From an uncultured virus (IMG/VR IMGVR_UViG_3300009509_000019) (lineage: Duplodnaviria; Heunggongvirae; Uroviricota; Caudoviricetes), in the IMG/VR virus record IMGVR_UViG_3300009509_000019: DNA of 64,000 bases; one strand, given 5' to 3'. Under the pieces are notes generated by a model. That model did no database searches. It was not told the DNA's origin and saw nothing but the letters and a program-made list of their open reading frames with translations. Positions within the stretch are counted from its first letter, which is position 1. Every line of letters begins with the position of its first letter. A program made the position numbers and the translations under genes. Of the stretch, positions 44,866 to 54,033 are shown one piece after another.

Positions 44866-45211
44866 TCAACAGCATAAGCTGGATATCAGAGGGTACAACT
44901 CTAGCGGCGGGAGGAAAGCTCTTGCCAAGTACCTGTCTGATTCAGGCACCAATGTCAACGAGGTTGTCATTGAGCTGAACGGGCTGTGGGGAACCGGGGA
45001 TACTGTTACAGCAACCATCAACATTGGTGCTGGTAACCTGACGCCCAACTACACGCCCTCTGGTAACGAGGATGCTGTCGCAGCGGCAGCAGGGCTTGCT
45101 GCAGCAATCAACGCGCAGGTAGATGTATCAGCCAGCTCGTCCTCGAACATTGTCCGGGCTACGAAAACAACGGCAGGTACTATCAACCTGATTAGCCTTG
45201 TTATCTCGTAA
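44852..45211 (+). CDS. Small beta-rich virion protein
   Basis: GDTVT.TI....Y.......A.GLAAAINA module. Confidence 0.55.
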   Translation: MGNASQQHKLDIRGYNSSGGRKALAKYLSDSGTNVNEVVIELNGLWGTGDTVTATINIGAGNLTPNYTPSGNEDAVAAAAGLAAAINAQVDVSASSSSNIVRATKTTAGTINLISLVIS

Positions 45212-47130
45212 TGCTAATCAAGCTCGCCAACTTTGCTGGGCTTATTCCCAAGGCTGGTGACAGGAATCTTCCTGACAACCATGCCTCTGTTGCGAATAAC
45301 ACCCAGCTCTACTCTGGCGAGGTCAGAGGACTACGCGATCCGCTAAGCGTTGCTGACCTGTCGGCCGAGGTGTTCACCGTCAAGAGGGCGTACCGCCTTA
45401 ACGACGGCTCGACTTCTATTGCCGATGCTGTTGGTGACTGGGTTGCGTTTGATGATCCTGATGTCAACTTCGTACGAGGAGCACTGAAGAACGACCAATA
45501 CGACAGGTACTACGCATCAGGTGGTACACAGGTGCCTGTTGTCAATACTGCTACTGACTGGGCAGCTGGCAATACTCCATACGATCTGGGTGTCCCAGCT
45601 CCTGTCAATGCTTTGACAGTAACTGCACCAGCATCAGGTACTGTTGATGAAACACGAGCGTATGTCTATACGTTCGTTAACACATGGGGCGAGGAGTCAG
45701 GCCCGTCACCTGTATCCAATATCGACACTGGCGATATTGACGGGACGTGGGTGCTTTCAAACTTCAGTACGGCGTTTTCTGGTACGCCTACCAACCCACG
45801 CCCACTTCAATACATTCGTATCTACCGAACCGTTACTGGTACGCGCAGCGTTGACTATCGTTTTGTTGCTGAAGTAGCTACGGGTGCAGTTAACCCTTAC
45901 AACGACACCATCACTGTCGATCAGGTATCGCTCAATGAGTCTTTGCCGACGCTGGATAATGCGATGCCGCCATCGGGTCTGCAAGGCATTGTCAACATGC
46001 CGAATGGAATTATGGTTGGCTTTGTTGGTCGGGATATATATTTTTCTGAGCCTTATCAGCCTCATTCTTGGCCTTTCCAGTATGTTAGGTCGGTAGAGTC
46101 TCCCATTGTTGGTATCGGTGTCTACCAGCAAGGTGCTGTGATCTGCACCACATCCAACCCTTACGTGTGTACGGGTGTTAGTCCGGACACGATGATCTTG
46201 TCCAAGCTGGACGATGTCGAACCGTGTCAGAATTTCCGAAGCATCCTGAATGGTCTTGATGGCGTGATGTACGCCTCCCAGAACGGGATGGTTCTTGTCA
46301 ATCAGGCGGGTGCTGCTAATGTGACTCAACCTCTTGTGACTCGCAACGAGTGGAGAGCCGAGTACTTTCCCGGCGACTCCCAGTGCGCTACTGATGGATC
46401 AAGAATCCTCAGTTTCTACAACACCAGTTCGGGTTGGATATTTACGCCGTTCGAGCCGCTTGGCCATCTGGTGACTCTGAGTGGGTTCGCTGATATTGCA
46501 TCTGTGCAGTCCGATCCGTTCACTGGTGAGGCTTACTTCATCTCCCGAGACGTGGTGTTTCTTTGGAATCCAGAGACGACTGTTCCACTGACATATACGT
46601 GGAAGTCCAAGGAGTTTGAGCTTCCTTACCCAGTCAACATGGGTGCGTATCGCATCCAGTATAAAGATGTCGTGTCTGGTGTGGACTACGATCCGGGGTT
46701 TGACTACACAGCGTATAACACATCGAGATTTTCAGCGTCTTCCATCCCGTTGAGTGATACGCAACGATCAGATTTCAGTGGCAGCCCGTCCTTTTCTACC
46801 AGCCCGCTGAACACGTTGAACTTGTATCCGATCAACGGCGTTCGTACTGAGACAGGCGTAACCAATTCCCCGCCTGTCATCCAGTGGAAGATGCCGATGG
46901 GCGGCAGCCCACTGTACGCAGATTGGACGTCTCTCATTGTTCGAGACAACATTTTGCTTCGCATCTACGCTGACGGCGTACTACGATATGAGCAGGAGAT
47001 TACGAGCAACGACGTGATGCGTTTGCCGAGTGGGTACAAAGCAGATAAGTGGCAGATAGAGTTCACTACTGCACAGAACATTTACAACTTCAAGATGGCT
47101 GGGACAGCGAAGGAGTTGCGTAAATCGTAA
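45211..47130 (+). CDS. Tail nozzle / tubular protein B-like
   Basis: F.GL.P, R.YVYTFVN.WGEES.PSP, RIYRT, FSEPY.PH.WP, YAS..G.V, WKSK.F, RLP.G. Confidence 0.8.
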   Translation: MLIKLANFAGLIPKAGDRNLPDNHASVANNTQLYSGEVRGLRDPLSVADLSAEVFTVKRAYRLNDGSTSIADAVGDWVAFDDPDVNFVRGALKNDQYDRYYASGGTQVPVVNTATDWAAGNTPYDLGVPAPVNALTVTAPASGTVDETRAYVYTFVNTWGEESGPSPVSNIDTGDIDGTWVLSNFSTAFSGTPTNPRPLQYIRIYRTVTGTRSVDYRFVAEVATGAVNPYNDTITVDQVSLNESLPTLDNAMPPSGLQGIVNMPNGIMVGFVGRDIYFSEPYQPHSWPFQYVRSVESPIVGIGVYQQGAVICTTSNPYVCTGVSPDTMILSKLDDVEPCQNFRSILNGLDGVMYASQNGMVLVNQAGAANVTQPLVTRNEWRAEYFPGDSQCATDGSRILSFYNTSSGWIFTPFEPLGHLVTLSGFADIASVQSDPFTGEAYFISRDVVFLWNPETTVPLTYTWKSKEFELPYPVNMGAYRIQYKDVVSGVDYDPGFDYTAYNTSRFSASSIPLSDTQRSDFSGSPSFSTSPLNTLNLYPINGVRTETGVTNSPPVIQWKMPMGGSPLYADWTSLIVRDNILLRIYADGVLRYEQEITSNDVMRLPSGYKADKWQIEFTTAQNIYNFKMAGTAKELRKS

Positions 47131-47639
47131 TGGCTAAAGTAACTGCACCAATCTCAATACCAGAACCAGTAGCGGATATTGATTCGCTCTGGCGTACCGC
47201 ACAGGTATTGAAGGAAGCTGTTGAGGTGCTGCAAGGCATCCGTGGTAACCGTGCTGCCGTTATTCAGGAAGACCTCGACAATGCGTTAGGCGATCTTGAC
47301 AAAGTCATTGCAGGTATTGAAGCAGCAGGTGGAGGCGCTACCTCGCTAACTGAATTGACTGACGTTGTTGATACTTTCACTGGCCTGACTGATGGGCAAG
47401 TATTAACGTATGACGTGACCAATGGTTGGCAGAATGAAACAAACGACCCCAATGCAACGCATACGGGGGAAGTAACTGGGTCATTAGCACTGACCGTGGA
47501 TGTTAGTTCTATCACTAATAGAACAGCGGTAACTGAAGTGTCCGAGAGCGGCACGGACGATGTAGCGTTGCATGATGCAACTGACGGGACGCTCAAAAAG
47601 AGCCCGGTTAATTTAATTACTGATGGTGGATACTTCTAA
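47130..47639 (+). CDS. Tail-associated protein
   Basis: LKEAVEVLQG.RG N-terminus, L..LTDV...GQVL.YD, C-terminal DGGYF. Confidence 0.6.
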   Translation: MAKVTAPISIPEPVADIDSLWRTAQVLKEAVEVLQGIRGNRAAVIQEDLDNALGDLDKVIAGIEAAGGGATSLTELTDVVDTFTGLTDGQVLTYDVTNGWQNETNDPNATHTGEVTGSLALTVDVSSITNRTAVTEVSESGTDDVALHDATDGTLKKSPVNLITDGGYF

Positions 47640-49702
47640 TGGCTAACACAATCCGGATCAAACGATCTGTTTCGACAAACACGCCTGCTAGCTTGGCACA
47701 GGGAGAGCTGGCGTATTCTGAATCCGGTTCGCCTAATGGTATCGGTGAACTGTTTATTGGTGTTGCAGGGCCGGGTGTACAGAAGCTCATCACCCTGACA
47801 GGTGCCGCTGCCGCTGAGCCGAACGATCCAGCACAGGACAACCAGACGATTACGACTGGGCTGGGTATCGACGGAGCTGATGCCGGTACAACTGGTAACG
47901 TCACGTTGTCGTTGGCTACGACGGAACTAACCAACACTGCACCAGTTGCCGCTGACCAGTTTGTATTCAATGATGCTACTGACGAGCTTCCAAAGAAGCA
48001 GGTGGCTAGCAGTGTCCCCCTGTCGATTTTCAATAACGACTCTGCGTGGACATCTGACGTTGAAGCTATCCACGGCAACTGGAACTTCAGCACGACTACC
48101 ACAGCTGCTGATCCGGGTTCGGGTAACCTGCGCTTCAACAGCGCCACACCTGCGAGTGTCACAGCCATTTATGTTGATGACCTGCAGAACGATACCACCA
48201 GTGCTGGCTGGCTTACTGACAACATTGCCATTGGTGATGTTCTTACGATCAGGGCAGTCGGTGATCCCGGTGATTACCTGATCGCTGAAGTCACCAGTGT
48301 TACTGACAACACCGGCTGGTGGACTTACGGCGTCACTATTCTTGGTAGCGGGACGCTCCCGGCTAACGCCGCTGCTATCCAGCTCGACGTACAATGGTTG
48401 AGTCAGGCCCCGGGTACAGTTACTTCCGTCACCGCAAGCACGGGTCTGGTGGACACGGGTACCGCCAGTGCGCCAATCATCGCTGTTGACTACGCTGGTA
48501 CTAACAACTTCATTGATTCGGCAACGAACCTTGAGGGTACCGCAATCGCCCTTGGCGATACGCTTGCCTATCACGACGCTACTGACAACAACGTCAAGAA
48601 GGGTTTTTTCTCTGACCTGCCCTTTCTGACTGCTGAGGCGGATACTCTCGCTACTGTCACTGGCAGGGGCGCAACGACCTCGACTGCCAGCACGTTCAGC
48701 GGCGGCCTCAACATGGCCGACAGCGATCTGAACCGCCCAGTTCTGGAAGACTACGGCGTCAAGCATCAGGCCCCGACAGTTTCTGCAAACGCAGTTACTG
48801 TTGACTTCACGTTGGGCAACTCTGTCCTGATTGACATGGATCCAGCGACGGCTGCAGTCACGCTTACGCTGAGCAACCCGCCAGCGTCAGGAACGTACGG
48901 AGAAGTCAACCTCGCCATTGTCATGGGCACGCCAGCTTACGGCATCACATGGCCGGGTAGCGTTACGTGGCTGAATGGCGGCACTGCACCCACACTGACC
49001 ACGACCAATAACGTGGTCGATCTTATTCATCTGTTCACTGTTGATGGTGGCACTACGTACTACGGTACGTACTCGCTCGCTGCCGCTGCAGGCGGACAGG
49101 CCAATCAGACCATCACGACTGGTCTTGGTATCGACGGTGCTGATGCTGGTTCTGCTGGCAACATCACGATCTCGCTGGCTACTACTGAGCTGACAAATAC
49201 TGCGCCAGTAGCAGCAGACCAACTGGTCTTTAATGATGGTACGGATGAGCTGCCTAAGAAGCAGGCATTCAGTTCTGTTGACCTGAGTTTGTTCAGCAAC
49301 ACCACATCTGATTTCGCAACCGTAACGTATGTGGATAACGCTGTAACCGGTGCCTTGATATATAAGGGCGGGTATAACGCAGCCACCAACACGCCAGATC
49401 TTGACGTCACTCCTTCCGGTGTAGTCAAAGGTGACACTTATACAGTTACGGCAGCGGGTAACTTCTTTACTGAAGCCGTGCAGGTTGGCGACATGCTGGT
49501 TGCTGAAGTTGACAGTGCCTCCACGCTTGCAGACTGGACTGTTGTCAACAAGAACATCCCTGATATCGTCGATGCCTCGGAAACTGCGAAAGGCATCATC
49601 GAGATTGCAACGCAGGCTGAGGTCGATGCCGCCAGTTCAACCGTGCTGGCTGTTGTACCGAACTATCTCCACAACACGACCTTCGATGGTGGCACTTTCT
49701 AG
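47639..49702 (+). CDS. Tail fibre protein with internal duplication
   Basis: Mtd-N-like IRIKRS...L.QGELA, 66-aa duplication, ASET.KGIIEIAT.AE repeat, C-terminal DGGTF. Confidence 0.8.
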   Translation: MANTIRIKRSVSTNTPASLAQGELAYSESGSPNGIGELFIGVAGPGVQKLITLTGAAAAEPNDPAQDNQTITTGLGIDGADAGTTGNVTLSLATTELTNTAPVAADQFVFNDATDELPKKQVASSVPLSIFNNDSAWTSDVEAIHGNWNFSTTTTAADPGSGNLRFNSATPASVTAIYVDDLQNDTTSAGWLTDNIAIGDVLTIRAVGDPGDYLIAEVTSVTDNTGWWTYGVTILGSGTLPANAAAIQLDVQWLSQAPGTVTSVTASTGLVDTGTASAPIIAVDYAGTNNFIDSATNLEGTAIALGDTLAYHDATDNNVKKGFFSDLPFLTAEADTLATVTGRGATTSTASTFSGGLNMADSDLNRPVLEDYGVKHQAPTVSANAVTVDFTLGNSVLIDMDPATAAVTLTLSNPPASGTYGEVNLAIVMGTPAYGITWPGSVTWLNGGTAPTLTTTNNVVDLIHLFTVDGGTTYYGTYSLAAAAGGQANQTITTGLGIDGADAGSAGNITISLATTELTNTAPVAADQLVFNDGTDELPKKQAFSSVDLSLFSNTTSDFATVTYVDNAVTGALIYKGGYNAATNTPDLDVTPSGVVKGDTYTVTAAGNFFTEAVQVGDMLVAEVDSASTLADWTVVNKNIPDIVDASETAKGIIEIATQAEVDAASSTVLAVVPNYLHNTTFDGGTF
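47840..49300 (+). repeat. Diverged intragenic direct repeat, ~198 bp x2 (47840-48037 and 49103-49300)
   Basis: Both copies encode NQTITTGLGIDGADAG..GN.T.SLATTELTNTAPVAADQ.VFND.TDELPKKQ. Confidence 0.9.
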
Positions 49703-51234
49703 TGGCAAACACGATACTTCTTAAGCGAAGTTCAACGACAACTAACGTACCCACTGCTGGGGAGTTGTCGCAAGGCGAGCTTGCAATCAATACGGCAGAC
49801 GAGCGGCTGTTCTCCAAGAACAGCAGCAATGTCGTGTTTGAGATTACTGACCACGACAACCTGACAAACTACGTCGCCAACGAGCACATCGACTGGACGA
49901 GCACTACCGCAAGCCTTAGCACTAGCGGGACAATTTCTGGTGTAAACGTCACCAGCGGCTCTGATCCGGGCCATACACATACCGCCTACGCTGCTTCGTC
50001 GCATACACATACATTCGATAGCCTGACCAGCAAGACCTCAGGTACTGGCAACTACCAGACTACCGGCGACATGATCGCTGACAACTTCGAGGCGACTGGC
50101 CTTGGCCCCAACTCCACGCCGGGTACGGATGACCTGTATATCGGCGGCTACGGTATTCTCGGTGACAGGGCAACAGCCGTGTACGTCTCGAACGTAAGCG
50201 GCCCAGTCGTCCTGAACCATACCGGCGTTCACAACACCAACACAAAGCTGGCGACTACCAGTACCGGCGTCACTGTCACCGGCACGATGGCAGCGACGAC
50301 TGTTACAGGTGCGAACGTCACAAGCGGTTCCGACCCCGGCCACACGCATAGCGCCTACCTGACTGGCAACCAGACAATCACGCTGTCTGGGGATGTCACT
50401 GGGTCTGGTGCCACGGCAATCACGACTACGATTGCTGCTGGCTCCGTTGACATCGCCATGCTGTCGGCCACAGGTACCCCGAGCTCCAGCACGTATCTGC
50501 GGGGCGACAATACGTGGGCTACGATTGCTGGTGGCGGCACTGTGACAAGCGTTGCTGCCGGTAATGGTATGAGCTTCACGACCATTACCACGACGGGCAG
50601 CGTGACAATGGGTACGCCGAGCACGTTGACTGCCTCGACTACCAACGGAGTTACGGCTACCAGTCACACTCATGCGATTACGACAACGGGTACGGGTACG
50701 ATTGTAGCGAGCACTTCGCCCACGTTCGTAACGAAGTCTACGCACGACACCATTTTCCTGAATGAACGCGCATCGGCTACTACTGACGTCGCTGGCGATG
50801 GTCAGCTCTGGGTCAAGAGCAACGCGCCGAATGACCTGTACTTCACCACGGACAACGGGCTTGATTACCCAGTTGCTTATGCTCGCTACCGTGTCACCGC
50901 AGACACGACGCTTGACGGGGCTAACGTTTCCGAAACGCTGGGGGTACAGCATATCAATGGCTGCTGGTATTCAGACAATGCCACGGCTTACACGCTGACC
51001 TTGCAAGCTAACACTGTAACGACGTTCCCCGTTGGCGCTCAAATGACAATATGGAACGAGGGGACGGGCACACTAACGATCACTGAGGGATCACTTACAA
51101 CGCTGTATGTCCTCACTGGCAGTGCTGTTACGGATGCGGCCGGTAGCGCAACGATGGCTCAAGGCGGCTATGCCACACTGATCCGCAAGAGCACCACCGT
51201 ATACTTGCTGATGGGTGCAGGTATTACTCCATGA
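49702..51234 (+). CDS. Tail fibre protein
   Basis: Mtd-N-like start (GELAINTAD), HTH metal-type motifs, very Thr-rich, GTPSSSTYLRGD.TW. Confidence 0.8.
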   Translation: MANTILLKRSSTTTNVPTAGELSQGELAINTADERLFSKNSSNVVFEITDHDNLTNYVANEHIDWTSTTASLSTSGTISGVNVTSGSDPGHTHTAYAASSHTHTFDSLTSKTSGTGNYQTTGDMIADNFEATGLGPNSTPGTDDLYIGGYGILGDRATAVYVSNVSGPVVLNHTGVHNTNTKLATTSTGVTVTGTMAATTVTGANVTSGSDPGHTHSAYLTGNQTITLSGDVTGSGATAITTTIAAGSVDIAMLSATGTPSSSTYLRGDNTWATIAGGGTVTSVAAGNGMSFTTITTTGSVTMGTPSTLTASTTNGVTATSHTHAITTTGTGTIVASTSPTFVTKSTHDTIFLNERASATTDVAGDGQLWVKSNAPNDLYFTTDNGLDYPVAYARYRVTADTTLDGANVSETLGVQHINGCWYSDNATAYTLTLQANTVTTFPVGAQMTIWNEGTGTLTITEGSLTTLYVLTGSAVTDAAGSATMAQGGYATLIRKSTTVYLLMGAGITP

Positions 51235-51686
51235 GTCCGGGCCCACTTCATCCTGTTGGTTTCTGGGCACCCGTTGGGGGTGACACCATTAACCTTACTG
51301 CCACCCAATGTTTTGCTGACGGCACTGGCGGCCCAATTACAGCCGAGATCAGTTGCTATCGTGCAACCCATTCAACCAGACCGGGTGAAGTATGGGCCGA
51401 TGACAACGGGATGTATTACCAGTACGACATCGTTACACCCGTAGCAAATGCAGGAAACTACCAGATGAAATGGGAGCCTTTATCTGGTAGCAATCCTTAT
51501 GGCGGGACAGCTCAATCAACTTGGGTTGATCTTAGCACTACTGATTTTTGGGTGTACTGGCGGCTGGGTTCTGGGCCGGGTACTACAACAGGGGCGATCA
51601 CTGTTTATATTCGGGAAGGCACAGGGCCTACTTTGACTACGGCTACATGGGACGGAGAGGTTGTTCTCTCTGGTAAGGGCAAGTAA
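51231..51686 (+). CDS. Fibre-associated small protein (LSGKGK paralog B)
   Basis: Paralog of 43059 and 51686. Confidence 0.7.
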   Translation: MSPGPLHPVGFWAPVGGDTINLTATQCFADGTGGPITAEISCYRATHSTRPGEVWADDNGMYYQYDIVTPVANAGNYQMKWEPLSGSNPYGGTAQSTWVDLSTTDFWVYWRLGSGPGTTTGAITVYIREGTGPTLTTATWDGEVVLSGKGK

Positions 51687-52147
51687 TGGGACTAATAGCA
51701 GGCGGGTTTTACGTTCAGGGTGGTGGCACGGGTGACACCATCAATTTGCAGGACACTGGTACAAGCACTGATACTTCAGGCGGGCCCGCCACGGCTGCAA
51801 TCACTTGTTATCGTGCAAACCACTCAACGCGAGCAGGCGAGGTGTGGAACGAAGATAACGGTGAACTGTTTGCTTACGACCTTGTTACGCCCTCTGAGAA
51901 CTCAGGTTCTTATCAGCTCAAATGGGATCAGCTGTCTGGTACTGCACCTTATGGCCCTAGTTCTTCAACTGAGGCTACTTGGATCGACATTAGCACTACT
52001 GATTTTGTTGTGACTTGGCGACTCGGCACCGGGCCGGGTACTACAACGGGCTCTGTAACTGTCAGTATGCGCGTTGGCACAAACCCGTCCATCATCAAGA
52101 CTGCGGTATGGGATGGTTCTGTTACCCTTTCTGGTAAGGGCAAATGA
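51686..52147 (+). CDS. Fibre-associated small protein (LSGKGK paralog C)
   Basis: Tandem paralog of 51231. Confidence 0.7.
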   Translation: MGLIAGGFYVQGGGTGDTINLQDTGTSTDTSGGPATAAITCYRANHSTRAGEVWNEDNGELFAYDLVTPSENSGSYQLKWDQLSGTAPYGPSSSTEATWIDISTTDFVVTWRLGTGPGTTTGSVTVSMRVGTNPSIIKTAVWDGSVTLSGKGK

Positions 52148-52896
52148 TTCTATCGCGCAGCAAAAAATTCATCTTCTTCCGGGTGGCCAAGACTGGCAGC
52201 ACCACGGCGGAGGTTATGCTGCGCATGTCTAATGCTTTCGATCTCAGTCAGGACACATTAACAGGCACCCGAGATTGGAGTTTCCCTACTGTAAATCGCA
52301 TACCTCAAAGGTATCCTGATCCAGAAGGGTTGTTTGAGTGGCCCCATGCTCGACCGATAGACCTTATCAAGCTGGGCGTAATGACTTTGGAGGAGCTGCG
52401 TGAATATGATTGTTACGCATTTCTCCGACCAACGGGTGCTCGGTTTGTATCTGGGTACTTGCATAACACACGTACTACCCGCTGGCGAAAGTGGCGCGGT
52501 GAGTATGGGTTTGAGCCAGAGCAATTCATGAAACGCTGGCGGGAAGACCATGACCACTTTTCCGCGTGGGACATTATTGGCAGGCCACAGACGGAATGGT
52601 TCTTTGTCGATGGAGAGCAGCTCGTTACTCCGTTGGACTTCGAGAACTACGAGGAGGAACTCAAGAACCTGATCCGTAAAGTTGGTGGGTATGAGTTTGC
52701 AGAGATACCCAAGCTCAATACCGCATGGCAGATACGAGAGGCGGAGGACAAGCGTAAAGGCTGGGCAAGAGCTATTTGGGATACCTACCCAGAAGTACGT
52801 GAAGAAGCTATGGAGCGGTACAAAGAGGACATCCGCTTCTACGAGGAGAACTTTGGTGAACACCCAGATCATCACAGACTTCATAAGTGCGCCTGA
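52144..52896 (+). CDS. Sulfotransferase family protein
   Basis: MILS...FIF.RV.KTGSTT (5'-PSB), F.R....RFVS.Y (3'-PB), FEN, P.LN, Y.EDI..Y. Confidence 0.8.
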   Translation: MILSRSKKFIFFRVAKTGSTTAEVMLRMSNAFDLSQDTLTGTRDWSFPTVNRIPQRYPDPEGLFEWPHARPIDLIKLGVMTLEELREYDCYAFLRPTGARFVSGYLHNTRTTRWRKWRGEYGFEPEQFMKRWREDHDHFSAWDIIGRPQTEWFFVDGEQLVTPLDFENYEEELKNLIRKVGGYEFAEIPKLNTAWQIREAEDKRKGWARAIWDTYPEVREEAMERYKEDIRFYEENFGEHPDHHRLHKCA

Positions 52897-53440
52897 ACAG
52901 CAGGCTCTGCTTGAATGGGCACAGACTGCTACGCTCAAGGTGCGCAACAAACCAGACCACCTATTAACTCGACCTCAAAACGAAGGGAAGCAACCAACTA
53001 CTGGTGATCGTAAGTCGGATTTCATTTCAGATAATGGGCCACCAGTGTTCTATGAAGTGCAGCAGCGAGCCACTGAAAGGTTTGGTTTGGAGGACAGGCT
53101 GCCCGAACACCTGAATCGGATAGGCAAACTCATTATCCATGAGGAGGATAGTGAAACGCCTGACCACATTGATTACTTCCGGCACATGGGGCCGGGGTTT
53201 ACAAGGGCCACGTTGATTGTACAACTGCCAGAAGAAGGCGGGAAACTGTCTGTTGATGGTGTGGAGTTGTACTTACCTGAACGTGCCCTCGCCATTTATG
53301 ATGCGAGCAAATCGCATTCAGTGAGTCTTGTAACAAAAGGGAGACGCATCGCTTATGTCTTCGGTTGGAAAGATACTGCCGGTACTATGGATGAGCTTAT
53401 TGCTGCTCGGGTGCGCGAGTACGGAAGACACGCCGTATAG
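52856..53440 (+). CDS. 2OG-Fe(II) oxygenase (prolyl-hydroxylase-like)
   Basis: HID, EGG.L, distal HSV..V.KG.R. Confidence 0.8.
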   Translation: MNTQIITDFISAPEQQALLEWAQTATLKVRNKPDHLLTRPQNEGKQPTTGDRKSDFISDNGPPVFYEVQQRATERFGLEDRLPEHLNRIGKLIIHEEDSETPDHIDYFRHMGPGFTRATLIVQLPEEGGKLSVDGVELYLPERALAIYDASKSHSVSLVTKGRRIAYVFGWKDTAGTMDELIAARVREYGRHAV

Positions 53441-53588
53441 AGTCAACTCGTTCAGCCCTAAAAAGGGCCCGTCGTGTCCCGGCGACCTTGTTGCCATGTG
53501 TGACATGCACATGGGCAAACCGATTCTGTGCGAGTGCGTAGCGCCTAGCAGTGTGATGGGTGTTGAGGAGTATGTGGACGACGAATAG
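53355..53588 (+). CDS. Small Cys-rich lipoprotein
   Basis: Lipobox LLGC after a hydrophobic leader; four further Cys. Confidence 0.65.
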   Translation: MSSVGKILPVLWMSLLLLGCASTEDTPYRVNSFSPKKGPSCPGDLVAMCDMHMGKPILCECVAPSSVMGVEEYVDDE

Positions 53589-54033
53589 CACAGACGTAGA
53601 CAAGCTCGGCGCATGGGCTTGGGAGCGTATGGGTTATCCAGACGCTTGGACACCTGTTGGCAGGTCAGCGCTGGGGTTCATTAACGACAAGGGCGAGGTG
53701 TTGTGGGCGGCCGTTTACGAGGAGTATCACCCCAACGGATCGGTCAGAATCCACATCGCAATAAGTAGCCCTAAGTTCGTGACAAGACGAGCAATTTCTG
53801 AAGTTTTCGAGTATCCTTTCTATCAACTTGGTGTGAAGAAAGTGATAGGGATTGTCGATAGTGCCAACACCGCTGCCCTTGCATTCGATATCAGACTCGG
53901 CTTCAAGATCGAAGCCGTTGTTAAGGATGCGTATGACATGGGTGATATGTACATACTTTCTATGACACGGGATGAGTGTCAATGGCTAAGAGGTAAGGAA
54001 GATGGGAGCCAAAGGGCCACCGCCGCCGCCTGA
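53572..54033 (+). CDS. GNAT-family acetyltransferase preceding ejection proteins
   Basis: F.YPF.QLG......N..AL....RLGF..E...M.R.EC.WL. Confidence 0.85.
   Translation: MWTTNSTDVDKLGAWAWERMGYPDAWTPVGRSALGFINDKGEVLWAAVYEEYHPNGSVRIHIAISSPKFVTRRAISEVFEYPFYQLGVKKVIGIVDSANTAALAFDIRLGFKIEAVVKDAYDMGDMYILSMTRDECQWLRGKEDGSQRATAAA

Noticed and set aside
43059..52147. Diversity-generating retroelement (Mtd-like N-termini, repeated C-termini)
   Set aside because: No reverse transcriptase was seen, and the repeats differ at synonymous sites rather than specifically at adenines.
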